DNA of 64,000 nt from Polyangiaceae bacterium (GTDB lineage: Bacteria; Myxococcota_A; Polyangia; Polyangiales; Polyangiaceae). How positions within the stretch are numbered: the stretch's first letter is position 1; each line of letters begins with the position of its first letter. Shown here piece by piece: positions 58,470-64,000 of this stretch. The notes under the pieces are model-generated. The model saw nothing but the letters and a program-made list of their open reading frames with translations. It ran no database searches and had not been told where the DNA came from. The position numbers were made by a program, and so were the translations under genes. The stretch covers positions 64,001-128,000 of the forward strand of contig JANRKO010000011.1 in assembly GCA_033763455.1 (NCBI GenBank), in the 5' to 3' direction.

Positions 58470-60220
58470 GGTGACACCGTGCCCACGTTGATAAACTCGG
58501 GAGCCGAGACAATAGCTTTCAAAATGGCTGGCACATTGCCTCCATTCTTTCTGACCTGTGCGTCGAGAGCGGTCACAAGCGGCACATCCGACGCCGTGAG
58601 CCCGCGCCCGAGCGACCACTCAAGCGCCGCCTGAGCGAAGCAGCCTTGCACCTGCGGGCTGGTGGCCAAAGCTCGAACCAACTCAGCTGGGGACTGAAAG
58701 GAGATCATGGTGCCGTTACTCGTGCTCGTGGTGCCCGAGAGATCCCAAGGCTTACCCGTAGGATCTTTGGACACCCAGCGCCCAACCGGATCGAACGCCA
58801 TGAACGAGAAACCAAGGGGCGCGAACTGCGCGTGGCAGGAGCTGCAAACCGGCGCAGAGGTTTTGAACTCCAAGCTCTGCCGCATGCTGAGCCCGGCAGG
58901 CTCGCCCTGCTTGGTCATGTTCGTAGCGCCAGCGGGCGGAGGCGCAACTTTCTCGCACAAAAGAGCCTCCCTCAAGAATGCCCCTAGCTGAAACGGCGAG
59001 GACCCATTCTCCTTCGTGTGCGAAGAGATAACCTGGGGATGCATCAGAAGCCCAATGCGCTCGTAGGCACTCACGTCGCCGGTGGCGACCCCCGTACTCT
59101 GGGACTGATCGGTTACTTGCTTCAAGACCGGATCTGTTACGTACCCTTTGCCAGTAAGAAGATTGCCCACGGTGGGGTCCGCACTGGCCAGTACGACGTC
59201 GATGAAGCCATCCGCATCGGCACGCATATCAGCTGGGAAGGTGGCACTCACACCCGTCAAATAAGCCGTCGATTTTTGCGACAACTTAGATTCATTAGCA
59301 CCCAACCACTCATGAATGAACACGCTGAGAGCGCGCTTGCCGTCCACCGTTTGGGAAAGGCGTTCAAATTGCCTCACGCGCTCGGCACCATCGTTTAGGC
59401 TGCCGTTGTTCGCAGCCGTGAGAAGCGGCGCATCGGGCGGCCCAAGGCTCGCAAAGAAGCTGAGCTTGGCCGCAAGCTCGTTCGGCAGAAGTACGCGCCT
59501 GGTGGGTGTGCCCGCCAAAGGTGCACCAACTTCGGTACGGTAGAGGAACGACGGCGCGAAGAACAGCGCCGTAAGCACGCCTTCGACGGCTCCGGTATCC
59601 ATCCCGGCGGTTCCGTCCGCGTCGGCAACGATCGCCTTATACTTGGCCGCTTCATCCGCACGGGGCGCGCGCCGGAGCACGCGCGTTGCAAACGACTGAG
59701 CCCAGCTCGCCAGACAATCGCGCTGAGCTTGCCCCGATTGTTTGCAACCACTCTGCGTGAGCAATGCGGGCGCTGTTTTGCCAGCGAAAGCCTTCACAAC
59801 TGGATAGAGCTTCCCAACCTCGGTGGCGATGAAGCTGAGCCCTGTGGTCCGCAAGAGGTGGTGCCCCGAGCGCATCTCGGCGGGGAGATCCGCACGGGCT
59901 GGAGCCTGCCCCGTGAGACCCTTCATGGTGGTGAGCAGTTCATCACGGCTTAGCCTTCGCAATGACGACGCCTGACCGTTGAAATCGACAGGCCAGGCCG
60001 CATTAACCATTGGCTGGGCGGTAGGGCCAGCGGGTCCCGTGGGTCCACCAGGGCCAGGCGAACCACCTTTGGCAGCAGTGCCCCGTGGCACTTCAGCGCC
60101 GCAGGCACCGCTCAGCGCAGCGGCAAGCACCAGTACGAACTTCGGTGAGTGCCAACGCCGGACGCCGGGTCGCCGCAGCCAAGCCTCCTCCTGCGACGAG
60201 AGAACTTTGCGAACTGTCAT
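58466..60220 (-). CDS. DUF1592/DUF1588/DUF1595 family cytochrome c lipoprotein
   Basis: LRRLSRDE, PSFLYRTE, ELAAKLSFF, CSSCH heme motif, PLGFSF..FD.VGRW. Confidence 0.9.
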   Translation of the reverse strand: MTVRKVLSSQEEAWLRRPGVRRWHSPKFVLVLAAALSGACGAEVPRGTAAKGGSPGPGGPTGPAGPTAQPMVNAAWPVDFNGQASSLRRLSRDELLTTMKGLTGQAPARADLPAEMRSGHHLLRTTGLSFIATEVGKLYPVVKAFAGKTAPALLTQSGCKQSGQAQRDCLASWAQSFATRVLRRAPRADEAAKYKAIVADADGTAGMDTGAVEGVLTALFFAPSFLYRTEVGAPLAGTPTRRVLLPNELAAKLSFFASLGPPDAPLLTAANNGSLNDGAERVRQFERLSQTVDGKRALSVFIHEWLGANESKLSQKSTAYLTGVSATFPADMRADADGFIDVVLASADPTVGNLLTGKGYVTDPVLKQVTDQSQSTGVATGDVSAYERIGLLMHPQVISSHTKENGSSPFQLGAFLREALLCEKVAPPPAGATNMTKQGEPAGLSMRQSLEFKTSAPVCSSCHAQFAPLGFSFMAFDPVGRWVSKDPTGKPWDLSGTTSTSNGTMISFQSPAELVRALATSPQVQGCFAQAALEWSLGRGLTASDVPLVTALDAQVRKNGGNVPAILKAIVSAPEFINVGTVSP

Positions 60221-60476
60221 ATCGACTTCAAGTATACACTCGAGAGTGTGCGCAGCGAGCGCCACAAGTAGCAAAAACCGCAGTGGGTGCTGGTCGCTCC
60301 CGAAATTCAGCGCTCAGGGTGAAGTATTCCAGCAATTGTGCCCGATCCTCAGCAATTTTCCCACAAACAATGAGAAGGGAATTTTCTATTGTTTGCTTTC
60401 TTATCAGATGTTAATCTGTGATTTATACTGGTATTGCCGAGTTACTGGGGGCGAGAAGTGGCCAATTTGGCGAGAA

Positions 60477-61082
60477 TTAGCAGCGAATGCCCGAAATTGG
60501 CTTCGGGCAGATCTTCTTCATCCCGCAGCCCGCACACGGCTTGCCCGACCAAATCGAATCAAACAGCGCCTGCACCGAATCCAGCAGATAGGAGTCTTCC
60601 GTCAGGATCCCTAGCTCAAAATTCCGACGGTCGGGCGCACGCGCTCCCATGCCGGCACCCGTTAAGTTCGCGCTCCCAAGATAAAGCGCCGCACCATCGA
60701 TAATGACGGCCTTCAAATGCACCCGCGGACAACAGCGGAGCCACTGATTGCGATCACCCAAGCTCTTGTGGCGCCGAAGCTCCGCAAGGAAGGGGCGCGA
60801 CGGAACGGCTGCGTGCAATATGCGGACATCAACCCCCTTCACTCTGAGATCGTCCAGGGTTTCAAGTATGGAAAGGAAGCGACCACTGGCACGAGCGCGA
60901 GTTCCTACGGGCGCCTCCACTCGCAAATCCTTGAGGTTCGCCGTCGCGATCCAGACAGCCACCTCCGCCTTAGCCAACCTCAGAATAACATCGGTATAAT
61001 GCTGCTCACCGCTCACCAGGCTGAGCTCCGCACGCCGACGGCGTGGAACCTCGGGCTGGGGCAAGTGGATCTTGCGAGCCAT
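60477..61082 (-). CDS. Single-HKD phospholipase D/nuclease family protein
   Basis: HLKAVIID....YLGSANLTG, NFELG; C-terminal CAGC....ICP. Confidence 0.88.
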   Translation of the reverse strand: MARKIHLPQPEVPRRRRAELSLVSGEQHYTDVILRLAKAEVAVWIATANLKDLRVEAPVGTRARASGRFLSILETLDDLRVKGVDVRILHAAVPSRPFLAELRRHKSLGDRNQWLRCCPRVHLKAVIIDGAALYLGSANLTGAGMGARAPDRRNFELGILTEDSYLLDSVQALFDSIWSGKPCAGCGMKKICPKPISGIRC

Positions 61083-61207
61083 GTGTTAGACGCTACGCGC
61101 CTTCGCTGTAAGCCGCAACGCGCAAACGCAGACTTGTAAGGACGACTAGCGTGGCGTACTCACCATGAGAGGCGCCCGTAGGCTCCACACTGAACACACC
61201 CTAGCTC

Positions 61208-61948
61208 ATGAACTTGCTGCTCCTACAGCCGGCGGATCTCGACGGCAAGCATGCCCGCGTAGAGGGTCGACGAGCTGCCCATATCTCACGCGTGCTGAAG
61301 AAAAAACCAGGTGACAAGGTTCGGGCAGGTGTCGTCAATAGCGGTACTTGTATCGCGACCATTATTGAGATGGACGAGACCCGGATCGAGCTTGAGCTGT
61401 CCCCCATAAACTTGGTGGCCGCACCCACAACTCACATCGTACTTGCCCTGCCACGGCCGAAGGTGATTTCGCGCGTGGTGGCAGCCGTCTCCAGCTTCGG
61501 GGTCAAGAGCCTTACTCTGATCAACGCCTGGCGAGTGGAGAAAGCTTACTTCGAATCTCCCCGAATCACCCAGGAGCGCCTCTTGGAAGATGCGATTCTG
61601 GGCTGCGAACAGGGCGCGCAAGTGTGGTTGCCTGAAATCTCAGTCGAGCGCTCATTTCGCCGTTACGTGGAAGATCTGGACCAAGCTCAGCTTGGGCTCA
61701 ATGCTGCGGCGCGCGTTGTGCTCCACCCAGGTTCGGAGGCGTCCCTCGCTAGCGCCCTCTGCTCCTCATACGAGCCGACGATGCCCGTATTGCTTGCGTT
61801 AGGTCCGGAGGGTGGCTTCATCGATGCCGAGGTGGCCAGTTTCGAACGCGCCGGGTACAAGCCGGCGGAGCTCCGAACCGGACCACTACGAACCGAAGTC
61901 GCTCTCTCAGCTGCTCTTGGTCAACTCGCCTTGTTACGCGAGCACTGA
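61208..61948 (+). CDS. rsmE: 16S rRNA m3U1498 methyltransferase RsmE family
   Basis: HISRVLK, LPRPK, GCEQ, LGPEGGF..E, LRTEVA. Confidence 0.9.
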   Translation: MNLLLLQPADLDGKHARVEGRRAAHISRVLKKKPGDKVRAGVVNSGTCIATIIEMDETRIELELSPINLVAAPTTHIVLALPRPKVISRVVAAVSSFGVKSLTLINAWRVEKAYFESPRITQERLLEDAILGCEQGAQVWLPEISVERSFRRYVEDLDQAQLGLNAAARVVLHPGSEASLASALCSSYEPTMPVLLALGPEGGFIDAEVASFERAGYKPAELRTGPLRTEVALSAALGQLALLREH

Positions 61949-62051
61949 CTCAGCGCTAACCTTCGGCTGGGAGGGAGCTGTTCCGAGCCAATCTGCCAGT
62001 GGGGCCAGCTGCGCTAGCCCCGGAAGCAAGAGACGCCAACGTTCGCTAGCC

Positions 62052-62630
62052 TCACTTGTTCAGCTCTAACTTGACATCAATAGTCACCATGTCCCCAACT
62101 AACACGCCACCCTTATCCAGCGTTTTGTTCCACGTTAGCCCGAAATCCTGACGTTTGATTTTTCCCGAAACCTTCACGGACCGAACGGACTTGCCCCAGG
62201 GGTTTTGAAGGCTGTTCGAAAGCGAGGCAGCAAGAGTAACGGGCTTGGTGATCCCCCGAATTGTTAGGTTTCCAGCAATCTTGTATCCCGAGCCAGCTTT
62301 GGAAATCTTGGACGACTTGAAGTCGATGTTTGGGAACTTCTCGGCATCAAAAAAATCCGCGCTCTTCAGGTGCTTATCTCGGTCGGCATTGTCGGTGTTG
62401 ATGGAGCTCACCGGAATACTGAAATCGACACTACTCTTGGTGGGGTCAGCCTCATCGAGCTCCACCTTTCCTTTGAATTCCCTGAAGTTCCCCTCCACCT
62501 CCGACACGACCATGTGGGGGACGCTAAAGCTGACCCGTGAATGGCTCGCATCAATGGCCCAACTTGAGGGAGCCGCGATGGCAAGAGAGGAAACAAGGGT
62601 GAGAGCGGTGGAAAGCATCAGATTTCGCAT
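62052..62630 (-). CDS. YceI family periplasmic lipid/polyisoprenoid-binding protein
   Basis: WAIDASHS.V.F.V.HM, SINT....RDKHLKSADFFD, GNLTIRG.TKPV, RQDFGL.WN. Confidence 0.95.
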   Translation of the reverse strand: MRNLMLSTALTLVSSLAIAAPSSWAIDASHSRVSFSVPHMVVSEVEGNFREFKGKVELDEADPTKSSVDFSIPVSSINTDNADRDKHLKSADFFDAEKFPNIDFKSSKISKAGSGYKIAGNLTIRGITKPVTLAASLSNSLQNPWGKSVRSVKVSGKIKRQDFGLTWNKTLDKGGVLVGDMVTIDVKLELNK

Positions 62631-62751
62631 GATTTTTGTCCTTAGGGTGAGGGAGAAGGGCAATCAGTCGCCCAGGCCCGTCCAACTTAGTACCGGCGAG
62701 ATCGTTCGCTAGATTGCAACTAGGAAACTTACTGTGTAGCTATTAGAAACT

Positions 62752-63666
62752 ATGTACCCTGCGGACTTACGAGGCCTCTTCGCGTTTGTTCAGGTGGTGC
62801 AGGCTGAGAGCTTCTCAGGGGCCGCGCGGCGCTTGGGGATTACTAAGTCGGCTGTTTCAAAGCTCGTGGCCGGCGCAGAAGCCTCACTGGGCGTTCAGCT
62901 GTTGGTGCGCACCACGCGCAAGGTTTCGCTCACCGAGGTCGGGGAAACGGTCTATCAAGCATGTGCTCGGCTCGGTGAGGACTTGGAGGCTGCGCGTGCG
63001 GCAGCGTCATCCCAAAGCCTACTTGTGGTTGGGCGATTGAGGGTCGCTGCACCGGCGGTTTTGGGGCGCAACGAGGTGGTGCCCTTGGTGGCTGATTTCA
63101 TGGCACAGAACCCGCGAGTTTCGGTGGATCTTATTTTAGGAGACCGTGCAGTAGATCTGGTCGCAGATAGAATCGATGTGGCGTTGCGAGTGCGCCACAC
63201 GTTCCCGGATTCCACGCTGATAGTGCGGCGCTTGGCCGCGGTACGGCTTTACTTGTGCGCTTCACCCGCATATCTGAAACAGCACGGAACGCCTGCACAC
63301 CCACGCGACCTCTCGCACCACCAATTCGTGGGGCATATTCCGAGCTCTGACGAACAGCAGCTCACTCTTCAGCGCAAGGGAACCAAAGTTTCCCTCACTC
63401 CGCGAGGGCACTTTTCAAGCGACGATGGCGCCGCGAGCGTTGCCGCTGCACAGGCTGGGCTCGGCCTTGTGGTGGCGCCAGACTTCGAGGTCAACGAGGG
63501 TTTGTCGCATAACACGCTGTCACTCGTTCTACCCGAGTGGAAGCTGGAACCGCTCACGCTCGCAGCGCTCTACCCACAGCAGCGCCAAGTACCGGCCAAA
63601 ATCCGAGCCTTTGTTGGCTTTGTCGCCGAGAGATGGGAAACACCACCTTGGCACCAGCGAGGATAG
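62752..63666 (+). CDS. LysR-family transcriptional regulator
   Basis: FVQVV...SFSGAARRLGITKSAVSK, LLVRTTRKVSLTE.G; divergent from yceI. Confidence 0.95.
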   Translation: MYPADLRGLFAFVQVVQAESFSGAARRLGITKSAVSKLVAGAEASLGVQLLVRTTRKVSLTEVGETVYQACARLGEDLEAARAAASSQSLLVVGRLRVAAPAVLGRNEVVPLVADFMAQNPRVSVDLILGDRAVDLVADRIDVALRVRHTFPDSTLIVRRLAAVRLYLCASPAYLKQHGTPAHPRDLSHHQFVGHIPSSDEQQLTLQRKGTKVSLTPRGHFSSDDGAASVAAAQAGLGLVVAPDFEVNEGLSHNTLSLVLPEWKLEPLTLAALYPQQRQVPAKIRAFVGFVAERWETPPWHQRG

Positions 63667-64000
63667 GGTGTTAGCGGCTCGGTGGTGTGCGAAAATCTCC
63701 GCATTTACTCCCCTCTTTACTCGTTGTTCGAGAACCGACGCGACACCGCCGAACCGATGCTCCAAGCTGGCGGGTGATTCGCCCAGCTGCCCGCACAGTT
63801 TCGCCGCGTGGAGTTAGAAACCATCGCTGAATTGCGCGCACAGACTTTGTGGGAGCCGACTCTGGTGCTCTTTCAGAGTTACCTCAGCATACTCGATGCC
63901 CTTGACAACCCCGTGGCCCGAACGCCACCAAAGCGTTAGTTGCTAAGTTGGCTTGTAGCAGCGTCCCTAGCCCGTCGCACTCGCCTCAGAAGCAAGGTGC

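Noticed and set aside
63667..64000. Terminal non-coding stretch with TTGACA at ~63902
   Set aside because: No matching -10 box, clear structure or ORF, and the context is cut by the window edge.

Overview
GC-rich chromosomal segment that looks myxobacterial, probably Polyangiales/Sorangiineae-like. This is inferred from the DUF1552/DUF1592 pair, a long Cys-repeat lipoprotein, a PP2C-cNMP fusion, murA-hisG synteny and several sigma-54 promoters. The housekeeping backbone is tRNA-Ala(CGC), dnaK, an RluA-family synthase, cinA-like/xseB, murA-hisG, yjbQ-miaE, an RlmD-family methylase, an RpoD-family sigma, slyD and rsmE. It is interspersed with small accessory units: an Rpn-like nuclease, ArsR-SRPBCC, a nucleotidyltransferase pair, a decayed Uma2 gene, a vapBC-type pair and an ATPase relic. 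The most interesting signals are non-coding. (1) An unannotated ~100-nt sigma-54-driven small RNA on the minus strand (~46951-47050) has two hairpins with C-rich anti-Shine-Dalgarno-like loops, an intrinsic terminator and an upstream palindromic enhancer-like site; the architecture is Pxr-like. A second structured, terminated unit follows it. (2) A shared multi-motif sigma-54 promoter sits in front of radC, an Rpn-like nuclease gene and a small-protein/comEA operon, suggesting a sigma-54/enhancer-controlled DNA-uptake regulon. (3) A 26-bp palindrome with core TTAGCATGCTAA recurs in intergenic gaps. All family assignments come from motif recognition by eye; no database search was run.
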